From: Candidatus Gastranaerophilales bacterium
Lineage (GTDB): Bacteria > Cyanobacteriota > Vampirovibrionia > Gastranaerophilales > Gastranaerophilaceae
DNA length: 64,000 nt
Direction: 5' to 3'
Assembly: GCA_944324865.1 (NCBI GenBank)
Contig: CALUXW010000004.1
Coordinates: 7,378 to 71,377 of the forward strand
Position numbers and translations under genes: made by a program. Shown here one piece after another: positions 53,525-63,746 of the stretch; positions within the stretch are counted from its first letter, which is position 1; every line of letters starts with the position of its first letter. The notes below the pieces were generated by a model. That model was not told the DNA's origin. It searched no databases and saw only the letters and a program-made list of their open reading frames with translations.

Positions 53525-55846
53525 TTAATCAACATTCACAGGCTCTCTGTTTATTGATCGAATTGCTCTTTTAGCATTTTCAATCAACTCGGGTTTTAAA
53601 CCTTCAATAATTGTTATTTGACGCAAAATATCAATAGTGCGTTTAAATGCTCGTACTACGTCGCCTTGCGAAAATTCGCTGTCTTTGAACATTTCATCCC
53701 ATGTATTAATTGATGAAACTTCTTCATTATCAGAATTTACCCAAAACTCAATAAAAGAACAAAAATGTGAATGTAAATTCATGGGATTTTCAATTTTATT
53801 ATCACGTTCCAAAATATATATTTTTCTCTTTATATCCTTTATTTTTCCCAAAACCTTACGCACTTTTTGACATGGCGGATTTGTCACGCACTCATCTTTT
53901 GCGCGCATTTCTTCGCATGCCAAAGCACATATAACAGAAGCCAGCTCAGCAGGATTTAAATCGTTCAACAAACCACTTAAAATAACCTCTGAAAGGTAAA
54001 GCTCATTTTCTGTTCTAAGCACCATTGTAACCTTGCCTCTGTCTGTAGGAAAATCATCTGCAAGATTTCCTGTTTGTTCCAAAATATTTTTGTGTGCAAG
54101 GAATTTTTGCCAATACACATCCTTTTGAAACTCAATTTCTTTCTTTAGTTGGCGAGCTTTTTTTTCATAGCGTGCCAAAAGCTCAAGTTCTTTTTTATGT
54201 TTTTTATACAGTTTGCAACTATCACAACCAAAATGTTCAATTTTTCTAAAAAGTTCTTTAGACTTTCTACCAAACTCTGCAACTTCAGGTGCATCCTTTT
54301 TTCCTGATTTGTGTGCTTGCCGCTTAAGAGTTTTGAAAATTGTTCGCGTTTCAACATAGATGTTTTTAAGTTTGTTATACTCTATAAAATCCTCATTTTT
54401 TAAGCCTAAGTGACACTTATAACTTTTTGCGGCATTAATAATATTATTGTAGTCCTCCATCTGTGCAAGCAATGGCGAAATTCTATCAGAAGAAGAATAG
54501 TATCCAAAAGTTTTTAATATAAGTTCTTTAGCCTCACTAAGACTAAATCTCTGCAAGAGATTTAAAACCATAGAATAACAAGGAGAAAATTTGCTTTCAA
54601 GAGGATTAGCATCTGATGTGGCAAGGGTTGCAACTTCCTCCGGAGTCTGAAAAGGAGTACCGACAATTACAACATAGCCTATTTCATCCATGCCACGGCG
54701 TCCCGCTCTACCAGACATTTGCAAAAATTCATTTGCACTCAGCATTCTATGACCCTCATCAGTTCTCTTAGAAATTGAACTAATAACGGTAGTACGAGCA
54801 GGCATATTAATTCCTGCCGCAAGAGTTTCAGTTGCAAAAACCATTTTTATTAACCCCTGTTGAAAAAGTTTTTCCACAAGTACTTTCCAACCGGGTAAAA
54901 GTCCAGCATGATGAGAAGCCACGCCTTTTTTAATAAGATTAAGTTGAGGATTATTTTCTAAGTATGGATTTTCTTTAATGTATTCATCAACAAGTTTATT
55001 TATCTTTATTTCTTCTTCTTTATTTAATAGCTCTAAAGTTGAGCATTTCTGTGCATTTTCATCACATTTTTTACGTGAAAAAGTAAAATAAATCGCAGGC
55101 AACATATTTTTTTCTTTTAATGCTAAAGTAATTGATGCAACAGGATTTTTTAAAGTGGCTTTCTTGTTAAAATATTTATATTTACTCTCAGGCCTAATTT
55201 TTTTATTTAATTTACCTTCTGGTGTTAAAAGAGGTAAGACAGTATCAGGTTTAGAACTGTCGTAATAGTAAAATCTTAAAGGGACAGGGCGAAAATCAGT
55301 AAACACATGTTCTGTACCGGAATGCACCGTATTAATCCAATTTGTTAATTGTTGAGAATTTTGAACCGTTGCACTAAGGGCAATTATCTGTATATTTGTA
55401 GGGCAATAAATAATACTTTCCTCCCAAACGGTACCACGCTGTTGGTCGTTCATATAATGAACCTCATCAAGTACAACATATTTGACATCCTTTAGATTGT
55501 CTTTTAAAGTTCCAAAAGTTGTACCATAAAGCATATTTCTAAAAACTTCAGTTGTCATTACAACAATTTGTGCTTCACGATTAATAGTGGTATCACCTGT
55601 CAGAAGCCCAACATTATCTTCACCGTATTGTCTTGAAAAATCAAAATATTTTTGATTTGAAAGAGCTTTTAGAGGGGTTGTATAAAAAATTCTTGTACCG
55701 TTTTGCAATGCCAAATGTATTGCACTTTGAGCAATACATGTTTTACCCGCACCTGTTGGAGCACACACAACTACACTTTTACCATTTTTAATATGTTCGA
55801 TTGCCTCTTTTTGGAAATCGTCCAGCTCAAAATTGAATCCATACAT
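53525..55846 (-). CDS. Ski2/HelY-like DExH-box RNA helicase
   Basis: Motif I APTGAGKT, motif II DEVH, SAT, motif VI QMSGRAGRRG, and a C-terminal DSHCT-like region (GDVVRAFKRTIDILRQI). Confidence 0.9.
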   Translation of the reverse strand: MYGFNFELDDFQKEAIEHIKNGKSVVVCAPTGAGKTCIAQSAIHLALQNGTRIFYTTPLKALSNQKYFDFSRQYGEDNVGLLTGDTTINREAQIVVMTTEVFRNMLYGTTFGTLKDNLKDVKYVVLDEVHYMNDQQRGTVWEESIIYCPTNIQIIALSATVQNSQQLTNWINTVHSGTEHVFTDFRPVPLRFYYYDSSKPDTVLPLLTPEGKLNKKIRPESKYKYFNKKATLKNPVASITLALKEKNMLPAIYFTFSRKKCDENAQKCSTLELLNKEEEIKINKLVDEYIKENPYLENNPQLNLIKKGVASHHAGLLPGWKVLVEKLFQQGLIKMVFATETLAAGINMPARTTVISSISKRTDEGHRMLSANEFLQMSGRAGRRGMDEIGYVVIVGTPFQTPEEVATLATSDANPLESKFSPCYSMVLNLLQRFSLSEAKELILKTFGYYSSSDRISPLLAQMEDYNNIINAAKSYKCHLGLKNEDFIEYNKLKNIYVETRTIFKTLKRQAHKSGKKDAPEVAEFGRKSKELFRKIEHFGCDSCKLYKKHKKELELLARYEKKARQLKKEIEFQKDVYWQKFLAHKNILEQTGNLADDFPTDRGKVTMVLRTENELYLSEVILSGLLNDLNPAELASVICALACEEMRAKDECVTNPPCQKVRKVLGKIKDIKRKIYILERDNKIENPMNLHSHFCSFIEFWVNSDNEEVSSINTWDEMFKDSEFSQGDVVRAFKRTIDILRQITIIEGLKPELIENAKRAIRSINREPVNVD

Positions 55847-55853
55847 TATTTTA

Positions 55854-58496
55854 TTATTTTATCACAGATTCACTACCCTTTACAATAACAGATATATATG
55901 GTTTTGAGAAATATTTATTTGCGATTTCCAAAATATCATTTTGAGTGACATCATTTATTAACTTTTTATACCTTTCAAGGTAATCTATACTACGCTCACT
56001 AATTGCATAATATCCCAAAAGTGATGCATCATCCATATTGGTTTCAAGAGAAATAATAATATTCCCCAAGATTTTATCTTTTGCCTCTTGAAGTTCTTTT
56101 TGAGTAACATATTCTTTTTTAAGAAGATTGATCTCATCAAGCATACTTTTTTTCGCAATTTCAGTACTTTTATTATTTGTACCAATGTAAGTCACAAAAC
56201 TTCCATCCAAAATATTCTGCAAAATTGTTGAACCAACAGAATATGCCAACCCCTTTTGCTCTCTTAAATTTTGAAAAAGCCTTGAACTCATACCTTCCCC
56301 TAAAATTGCATTTATTACTTTTAAGGTTGCAATATCTTTTTCATTATATATTGGACAAGTTTTATAGCCAACAAATACCCAAGCAGTCTGTGTTTCAGGT
56401 TTCACAAAAGTCAAGTCAATATTTTTTTGAGGGGTAAAAACATTAATTTTTTCTTCCATATAATTAATCTTTTTACCTGTATTTTTTTTAAAAATATCAT
56501 TCATCTTTTGAGCTATTTCATCTTCATTGACATCGCCAACAATTGATATTACAAGATTTTGAGGATTTAAAATTTGCAAATAATAGTCTTTTATATCCTC
56601 AGGGGTTACTGCAGATATTTTATTTAAAAGAAATTTGGAATCCTGCCCATAATAACTGTGATTAAATGCAACTTTTTTAAATTCATCAAGTCCTATCGAT
56701 AAAGCATTATCCTGTACTTTTTTTAAATCCGCAATTCGCAAATTTTTAATTTTTTCTGTCTCAGAGGCAGAAAAAACAGGATTATTTACTACTTCATTCA
56801 AAACATCTAATGCTTCATCCAATTCATTTTGTGTTGTTTGCATAGAAATTGAAAAGACATCAGAACCGGATGATAGGGCAAGCTTTATACCCTTTTCATC
56901 AAGCAAGTTTGCAAATTCGGCATTAGAATATTTTTTTGTACCTTGTTTTGCAACAGATGCAGCAAGCATACCGGTTGTCGGAATTTTTTCAAAAATTTTT
57001 GAACCTTTTGCTTCAATATCAATAGCAATTATTGAATTTGAATTATTTTTTTTGATTATTAACTGTGCTCCGTTTGGCAACAGGTATTTAACAGCCCCCT
57101 TGCTTTGCTCAACTGCTTTTAACTCAACTGGCAATTTTGCAGCCGCCGCAATTTGTGCTATTTCTTTTATATTCTCGCCTTTTGGAGTAACGGTAGACAG
57201 TGCATATTTCGATAAAATCAAATATTTTTTTGCTGCAGCAATAACATTTTTTCTTGTAACCTTATCAATGTTATTTAAATAATTATCATAATATGCACTT
57301 GAACCCCAAAACATGGTTAAATAACCAAGCTCATCAGATATATTCGAAATAGATTCACGAGAATAGTAAGTGTCGGTTTTTATCATATTTTTAGCTTTTT
57401 TTATGTCAGCATCAGTTAGTTCGCCATTTTGAATTTTTTTTATCTCATTAAATATTTCATTTTTTACTTCATCAAAATTTTTAGGATCAAAAGTTGCACT
57501 TATCGTAAAAAGTCCATCATCCATAAAAGATGAATTAGATGCGCTTATTGAATATACAAGATGCTTTTGTTCTTTCAAAACTTGATTAAGCCTTGAACTT
57601 TTTGAATCACCCAAAATTGTGGCCAAAACATCAAGAGAATATGTATCTTTATCGTTCTTGAATTTAGGAGCACGAAAGGCTAGTGTCATATAAGTCTGAT
57701 TAACGTCCATTTCTTCATTTACGCTTAAAATTTTGTCTATCGGGTGAATTTTAGGGTAAACAGGTTCAATATACTCCGCTGTTTGACCTGTTTCAAAATA
57801 TTTTTCAACCTTTTTTACAGCTTCATCAGGATCAACATCTCCTACAATAACTGTTGTCATATTTACGGGCAAATAAAACTTGTTATAAAAGTCAAGTATT
57901 TCTTCTCTTGTGATTGTTTCAATCACTTCTTTTTTACCTATAACTGGCCTGTAATAGGGATGTTTTGGCTCTTGTGAAGAATAAATAAGATTAAAAAGAT
58001 TTTCCCACATTACACTTGTAGGACTATCTTTGCCTTTTGAAATTTCTTCTAGTACGACCAGTCTTTCTTTTTCCAATTCTTTTCTTGGTATCAAAGGGTT
58101 CAAAAGCATATCTGCATGTAAAGACAATGCTAGATCAAAATCCTTAGAGGGTATTGTAATATAGTAATGTGTAAAGTCTTTACTTGTAGCAGCATTTGTA
58201 ATTGCACCTTTACTTTCCAGTACTCTTTCAAAAGTTCCTGCAGGATTTTTCTCAGTTCCCTTAAAAAATAAATGTTCCAAAAAGTGTGCAACTCCTGAGT
58301 TTTTATCACTTTCGTTAATAGAGCCCGTTTTAATCCAAGTATTAATTGTAACTGTCGGATTATTTGAAACTTGTTTTACAATAACACTTTGTCCATTTTT
58401 TAATTTTTGGCTAACGTATTCTTTAGCCTCAATGGGCATTATCAACACAAAAACAAGAATTAAGACTGTAAAAATATTTTTTAAGGCTCTTTGCAT
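55854..58496 (-). CDS. secreted tandem M16 (pitrilysin-family) zinc peptidase, PqqL-like
   Basis: Signal peptide. HxxEH zinc motif (AHFLEH) in the first half. The second M16 module lacks HxxEH. 880 aa. Confidence 0.9.
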   Translation of the reverse strand: MQRALKNIFTVLILVFVLIMPIEAKEYVSQKLKNGQSVIVKQVSNNPTVTINTWIKTGSINESDKNSGVAHFLEHLFFKGTEKNPAGTFERVLESKGAITNAATSKDFTHYYITIPSKDFDLALSLHADMLLNPLIPRKELEKERLVVLEEISKGKDSPTSVMWENLFNLIYSSQEPKHPYYRPVIGKKEVIETITREEILDFYNKFYLPVNMTTVIVGDVDPDEAVKKVEKYFETGQTAEYIEPVYPKIHPIDKILSVNEEMDVNQTYMTLAFRAPKFKNDKDTYSLDVLATILGDSKSSRLNQVLKEQKHLVYSISASNSSFMDDGLFTISATFDPKNFDEVKNEIFNEIKKIQNGELTDADIKKAKNMIKTDTYYSRESISNISDELGYLTMFWGSSAYYDNYLNNIDKVTRKNVIAAAKKYLILSKYALSTVTPKGENIKEIAQIAAAAKLPVELKAVEQSKGAVKYLLPNGAQLIIKKNNSNSIIAIDIEAKGSKIFEKIPTTGMLAASVAKQGTKKYSNAEFANLLDEKGIKLALSSGSDVFSISMQTTQNELDEALDVLNEVVNNPVFSASETEKIKNLRIADLKKVQDNALSIGLDEFKKVAFNHSYYGQDSKFLLNKISAVTPEDIKDYYLQILNPQNLVISIVGDVNEDEIAQKMNDIFKKNTGKKINYMEEKINVFTPQKNIDLTFVKPETQTAWVFVGYKTCPIYNEKDIATLKVINAILGEGMSSRLFQNLREQKGLAYSVGSTILQNILDGSFVTYIGTNNKSTEIAKKSMLDEINLLKKEYVTQKELQEAKDKILGNIIISLETNMDDASLLGYYAISERSIDYLERYKKLINDVTQNDILEIANKYFSKPYISVIVKGSESVIK

Positions 58497-58506
58497 TTAT
58501 TTCTCC

Positions 58507-59598
58507 TTAATCTTTAACTTTCAATTCGCAACACATCTGACAAGATGTGAAAGTTTTTGAGTACTTCAAATTATTTCTAAAGCATTTAAACTTTGCTTCA
58601 TTATACACTTCAATTATTTTTTTGTCTTTAATATTACCGATTTTTAAAGAAAGACAAGGATAAACATCTCCTTGAGGATTTATCATCATGTTAGAAAAAG
58701 GGTATTTACAAGGATGATAAATATCCTTTGGTAAAAGATTGTTTTTTTTGGTAAAAAAATCTCTAATTTTTTTCATCTCATTTTCAAAACCTCCACCTTC
58801 GAATTTTGGCGAAAAACGTATTTGGGTTTTTGAGTATTTTTTAATCTTGTATATTTCTTTTAAAATTTTCTCAAATTCGTCAAGATTAAAATATTGCCCT
58901 ATCGGATAATTTGTTTCATAAAATTCACTTGTAAACTCTTCCCTTAATACTGAGTTTTGTTTTAGATTATTGTTTCTTAAAAAAGATATACTCAAGAACT
59001 CAAAACCTGATTTTGTACAATATTCATAGAGCTTCAAAATATCTTCGATATTATTTTCAAGAACTATAGTTTTAATATCAATCAAAGGACGCTTTTTCCT
59101 ATCATTTAAATTGTCTAAATTATTTTTAATCTTATTAAAAATTCCATCAGAAGCTCGATTTTTATCATGAGTCTGACCCCAACCATCAAGAGAAACAGAC
59201 AAAAGCAACATTTTTGATTTAATAAAGGCATCAATTATATCGTCATTAATTAAAATACCATTTGTGACAACATTCATTTTACCCAAGGTTTTCTTAGAAC
59301 ATTTAAACAAAATTTCTTTGAAATCACTCCTTAAAAGAGGCTCTCCTCCAACTAAGGTAACGAAAGAATAAAACGGGATTTGTTCGATTATTTTAAACCA
59401 CTCATCACAAGTTAATTCATCTTGATTGCGATTTAAACCAACATAACAATAAGGACAGTTTAAATTACACCTATAAGTAAGCTCAAAAAAATATCTTAAG
59501 GGCATCGGCGCATTTTTAAGAGGATTTTTGTATGATAAATCAGCATAAGTATTTCTAAAAAAATCAAATAAAACTGAATAATCAAAAATATTTTTCAT
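58507..59598 (-). CDS. radical SAM protein with a SPASM/twitch-type C-terminal domain
   Basis: CNLNCPYC (CxxxCxxC) at aa 44-51, GGEPLL, and C-terminal CKYPFSNMMINPQGDVYPC (Cx12Gx4C) plus SCQMCC. Confidence 0.85.
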   Translation of the reverse strand: MKNIFDYSVLFDFFRNTYADLSYKNPLKNAPMPLRYFFELTYRCNLNCPYCYVGLNRNQDELTCDEWFKIIEQIPFYSFVTLVGGEPLLRSDFKEILFKCSKKTLGKMNVVTNGILINDDIIDAFIKSKMLLLSVSLDGWGQTHDKNRASDGIFNKIKNNLDNLNDRKKRPLIDIKTIVLENNIEDILKLYEYCTKSGFEFLSISFLRNNNLKQNSVLREEFTSEFYETNYPIGQYFNLDEFEKILKEIYKIKKYSKTQIRFSPKFEGGGFENEMKKIRDFFTKKNNLLPKDIYHPCKYPFSNMMINPQGDVYPCLSLKIGNIKDKKIIEVYNEAKFKCFRNNLKYSKTFTSCQMCCELKVKD

Positions 59599-59684
59599 TT
59601 TTTAATTTTACTACATGAAATGTTTATAGTAAAATAATTACAAATTTTAGGAATGGCTGCATATTAAAATTTCAAGGAGCAGTT

Positions 59685-61061
59685 TTGAAACAGCAAGAGC
59701 TTGAAACTTGGCAAAAAGTTATCGACGAGATAAAAATTAATATACCAGAGATAGCACACACATGGCTTAATAATCTTGAGCCTGCATTACCATTGTATGA
59801 AAATCCTTCTAATGGAATTTTCTTAATGAAAAGCAACCAGAGTTTTGGGATTCAAGTTTTAACACAAAAATATTTAAATGAAATAGAAGAAGCACTCCAA
59901 AAAGTTACCTCGCTTAAAAGAACTGTAAGAATTATCCTTGATGACACTCAACCAGTAAAAAAAAGAGTACCAAAACAAACAAAAGAACATGCGCTTGTGC
60001 AAGAGCAAATAGACAATTTAAAACAAATGCACTCTTTTTGCGGACTAAATTTAAAATATACTTTTAATAATTTTGTATGTGGCGAAAATTCAAACTTTGC
60101 ATTTAACGTAGCAAAAATGGTAGCACAAGCTCCTGGGCAAAAATATAATCCCCTTTATATATACGGAAACGTTGGTCTTGGCAAAACACACTTAATGCAA
60201 GCAATAGGTCATGAGATTTTGAAAAATTTTCCAACCTTAAAAGTAAAGTATGCAAAAGCAGAAGAAATCACAAACCAACTAACAGAATCAGGTATTGTCC
60301 TTGCTGAAAGAAATTCAAAAATGAAAAAACTGCGAGATCAATACAGAAACATAGATGTACTTTTGCTTGATGATATTCAATTTGCCGAAGGGAAACAAAG
60401 AACAGAAGAAGAAATTTTCAGTATTTTTGATGTTTTATTTCATGCCGGGAAACAAATAGTTTTTGCTTCAGACAGACCGCCCTCATCGCTCGTATGCACT
60501 CCGGATAGATTAAAAAGTAGGTATGAATGGGGTTTAAATGTTGAAATACAAATCCCCGACTTAAATACAAGATTTGAAATTATAAAAAAACATGCAAAAC
60601 GCTCAAATTTTGAAATTAATGATGATGTCGCAATTCTTCTTGCAAAAACTTACAATAAAAATATAAGAGAACTTGAAGGTGCATACAATAAATTAAGTGC
60701 ATACGCATCTATTCAAGGAGTTGAAGCAAATGTTGAACTTGCCCAAAAAATATTAAATTTAAATACAAGCAATAAAAAAATTACTCCACAAGATATTATT
60801 GAAAAAACTGCAAAATTTTTAGGAGTTAAAAAAGAAGATATACTTTCTTGTTCTCGTTCAAAAGATATTGCAAACGCAAGAAGACTTGCAATGTATCTTT
60901 GTCGGGAAATTACACAAATGAGCCTGCCTGAAATAGGTGAAGCATTTAACAAAAATCACACAACTGTTCTTTACAGCTATGACAAAATTAAAAAAGATGT
61001 AACAACAAATAAACAACTTGAAGAAACAATAAATGAACTCAATAAATTCATAGTAAATTAA
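59685..61061 (+). CDS. dnaA: chromosomal replication initiator protein DnaA
   Basis: Walker A GNVGLGKTHL, LLLDDIQF, sensor motifs and domain IV (DIANARRLAMYLCRE...FNKNHTTVLYSYDKI). TTG start at 59685 with aaggag at 59674-59679. Confidence 0.95.
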   Translation: MKQQELETWQKVIDEIKINIPEIAHTWLNNLEPALPLYENPSNGIFLMKSNQSFGIQVLTQKYLNEIEEALQKVTSLKRTVRIILDDTQPVKKRVPKQTKEHALVQEQIDNLKQMHSFCGLNLKYTFNNFVCGENSNFAFNVAKMVAQAPGQKYNPLYIYGNVGLGKTHLMQAIGHEILKNFPTLKVKYAKAEEITNQLTESGIVLAERNSKMKKLRDQYRNIDVLLLDDIQFAEGKQRTEEEIFSIFDVLFHAGKQIVFASDRPPSSLVCTPDRLKSRYEWGLNVEIQIPDLNTRFEIIKKHAKRSNFEINDDVAILLAKTYNKNIRELEGAYNKLSAYASIQGVEANVELAQKILNLNTSNKKITPQDIIEKTAKFLGVKKEDILSCSRSKDIANARRLAMYLCREITQMSLPEIGEAFNKNHTTVLYSYDKIKKDVTTNKQLEETINELNKFIVN

Positions 61062-61954
61062 AGCTCAAACTTTAAAATATTATTACTATCCTGTTCAGAA
61101 ACAATTAAATTTTTCTTAACTCTGTCAATAGCTATACAATATGGCTTTTTCAGCTTTGCAAATTCACTAATCACACCACTTGATGTAACTTTTAAAATAT
61201 TGTTTTTTGTATAATTTGCAATATATAAATTGTCAAACTCATCTATAACTATACCAACCGGACCACCTAGATTTACGGATTCTACATATACGCTTTTTGT
61301 GCCGTCAGGAGATATTCTATAAACTTTATTTTCCGAAAAACTCGCAGCATAGACATTTCCCTGAGAATCTGCTGCTACACCCGAAGGAGCTTTGAGATTG
61401 ACAACAACATTACTTTTGAACTGTGTATCATTAACAGGTGTTGTTTCATCAATTTTATTTTGTAACTGTACTTGTTCTTGTTCTTTTTGTTTTTGAGCAG
61501 CAATCAGCTCTGCTTGCCTTTTTTTAATTTTATTTTCTAAGGTTAAAACTTGTGTATAAATATCCTCATTTAAAGGAATTTTATCCAAATAAGAAATTGC
61601 TTTACTCAAATATCCTCTCTTATAAAGCAGACGGGCCAACTCGTATACACTCTCGTAATCATCAGGTTTTAGTTGTACAACTTTTTCATAGCTTTTTATA
61701 GCAGAATCAAGATAACCGTAAGAAGCTTGTATTTGCGCAAGATTATAATATGCTTCATAAAACTTAGGATCGATAGAAATAGCCTTTTTAAAATATTCCA
61801 TTGATTTTTGAACTTGATTTTGAGAATAAAAATCAATACCAAGGTTGTACAAAGATGTAGCATCTTCAAGAGTATAGGCACTCACAGCTTGTGTATAAAC
61901 AATGGTTAAAACACTAAAAAATGAAAAAAATAAACTTAAAAATCTTTTTTTCAT
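61058..61954 (-). CDS. secreted TPR plus NHL/beta-propeller-like repeat protein
   Basis: Signal peptide (FLSLFFSFFSVLTIVYTQAVSA), three TPR units, a Q/E-rich linker, then NHL-like blades (GVAADSQGNVYAA, GIVIDEFDNLYIAN). Confidence 0.7.
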   Translation of the reverse strand: MKKRFLSLFFSFFSVLTIVYTQAVSAYTLEDATSLYNLGIDFYSQNQVQKSMEYFKKAISIDPKFYEAYYNLAQIQASYGYLDSAIKSYEKVVQLKPDDYESVYELARLLYKRGYLSKAISYLDKIPLNEDIYTQVLTLENKIKKRQAELIAAQKQKEQEQVQLQNKIDETTPVNDTQFKSNVVVNLKAPSGVAADSQGNVYAASFSENKVYRISPDGTKSVYVESVNLGGPVGIVIDEFDNLYIANYTKNNILKVTSSGVISEFAKLKKPYCIAIDRVKKNLIVSEQDSNNILKFEL

Positions 61955-62004
61955 GGTAATATTATTATACCAAAAAAGGATAATATTACAATGGTAATAA
62001 TTTT

Positions 62005-62979
62005 ATGCTTATATTTGCCATAGAATCAAGTTGCGATGAAACCGCTTGCGCAATTGTAAAAGATGGACGACAAGTGCTTTCTAACGTTGTTTTTTCACAA
62101 ATTAAAACACATCAAAAATTTGGTGGTGTTGTACCTGAAGTAGCAGCAAGGGAACATCTCGAATCAATAGGGCCTGTCATAAAAGAAACATTTGAACAAG
62201 CAAAGATTTCACCCAAAGAAATAGATGCCTTTGCATCAACTGTTGGACCAGGGCTTGTAGGATGCCTCTTAGTCGGTTTAAATGCAGCTAAAACACTATC
62301 TCTTGTACATGATAAGCCGTATATTGGGGTAAACCATCTACAGGCACACGTTTGCGCAAATTTTATAGAATCCGACTTAATGCCGCCTTTCATTTGCCTA
62401 CTTGTTTCCGGTGGACATACGCAAATAATTTATGTAGAAGATTTTGACAAGCAAACTATTGTAGCATCAACTATTGATGATGCCATAGGTGAAGTCTACG
62501 ACAAAGTTGCACGATTAATGGGTTTGGCATATCCTGGCGGAATTATGCTTGATAAGCTGGCTCAAGAAGGTAATCCCTTTGCCTTTAAATTGCCTGAGGC
62601 AAAAGTCACACTAGATGAGTTTAGCTTTTCGGGACTTAAAACAGCCCTTTTAAGATTAACGCAAAGTTTTAAAAATACTGAAATACCAATAAAAGATATT
62701 TGCGCAAGTTTTCAAGAAAGAGTTTCAGACACATTAATCAAAAAAACACTTAATTGGGCAGATAAATTTAACTGCAAAACAATTGTATGTGCAGGCGGAG
62801 TTGCGGCAAATTCCGAGCTTAGGAGAAAACTTTTTGCATTAAATGAGGAAAATTATAAAACATATGCACCAAAAATGAAGTATTGCACCGATAATGCTGC
62901 TATGGTTGCTTCTTGCGCTTATTTTAATCCCATTAAGTGCAAAGATTCATTAGAATTAGAAGTCTTTTCAAGAATTTAA
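62005..62979 (+). CDS. tsaD: tRNA N6-adenosine threonylcarbamoyltransferase
   Basis: IESSCDETA, VNHLQAH, SGGHT and GGVAAN motifs. Confidence 0.95.
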   Translation: MLIFAIESSCDETACAIVKDGRQVLSNVVFSQIKTHQKFGGVVPEVAAREHLESIGPVIKETFEQAKISPKEIDAFASTVGPGLVGCLLVGLNAAKTLSLVHDKPYIGVNHLQAHVCANFIESDLMPPFICLLVSGGHTQIIYVEDFDKQTIVASTIDDAIGEVYDKVARLMGLAYPGGIMLDKLAQEGNPFAFKLPEAKVTLDEFSFSGLKTALLRLTQSFKNTEIPIKDICASFQERVSDTLIKKTLNWADKFNCKTIVCAGGVAANSELRRKLFALNEENYKTYAPKMKYCTDNAAMVASCAYFNPIKCKDSLELEVFSRI

Positions 62980-63692
62980 TGCCTTTGCATACTCATACAT
63001 TTATCATTCAATACTACAAATGCGCCTACGCCTCTACCGGCACCAGCATAGATAAAATCCAAACCCATGTCATATTGTAAATAATCATGGCAATATTTAT
63101 TAACATATTCGTCTGCAAGTTTTTCTTTATTTCCACCCAATAATTTATTAACAGAAGAAATTAAATCCTTATTGCTTGTGACAGCTTCATAAAAGCAAGG
63201 TTTGAAAACACAAAATTTGTTTTTATTTCCAATATAAACACCTTCAACAGGTACACTGCCTGAACCAAATTCACTGCCTGCACCATAAGACGTTGTAAAA
63301 TAAGTACCCGGACCACACTTCATACGGTTTGTCTTTGTCCAATCAAGACCCTTTCTTATAATTTCGTTAGCCGTTTCCTTACATTGAGTATTATGTATAA
63401 AAGACATATACGGACTTATATCTCTATATCCAATAACAGAATCTTTAAGGTAATCTTTTAAAGTACCTTTGAAAACTTCGCCATTATCATCCTGAAACTT
63501 AAATACTTTATTATCAAGCAGTTCAGCCACATCTTTAGGCAAAGAACCGTCTTGAGCCTGTATAGAATTAGACATAGAACCAAAACTAACGGTGTCAACT
63601 TTTGGACATCTTTCCAAACTATTAAACCCAAAATACTGATTTTTCGAGGAAAATTTATTTATATGTTTAGAAAAAGAAACTTTTGAAATCAT
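62976..63692 (-). CDS. hypothetical protein with a PARP-like H-Y-E signature (possible ADP-ribosyltransferase)
   Basis: Start set at ATG 63692 with gtggag SD. Contains FIHNT...IIRKGL...GPGTYFTTSYG...CFYEAV. The function is tentative. Confidence 0.55.
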   Translation of the reverse strand: MISKVSFSKHINKFSSKNQYFGFNSLERCPKVDTVSFGSMSNSIQAQDGSLPKDVAELLDNKVFKFQDDNGEVFKGTLKDYLKDSVIGYRDISPYMSFIHNTQCKETANEIIRKGLDWTKTNRMKCGPGTYFTTSYGAGSEFGSGSVPVEGVYIGNKNKFCVFKPCFYEAVTSNKDLISSVNKLLGGNKEKLADEYVNKYCHDYLQYDMGLDFIYAGAGRGVGAFVVLNDKCMSMQRH

Positions 63693-63746
63693 TTCAACAC
63701 TCCACAGCACTACTTTATAAACAAAACAAAACAGTATTAAAAATTG

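Noticed and set aside
59599-59684. oriC next to dnaA.
   Set aside because: The 86-bp dnaA upstream spacer has no TTATCCACA-like boxes. dnaN is absent, and the downstream gene overlaps dnaA convergently.
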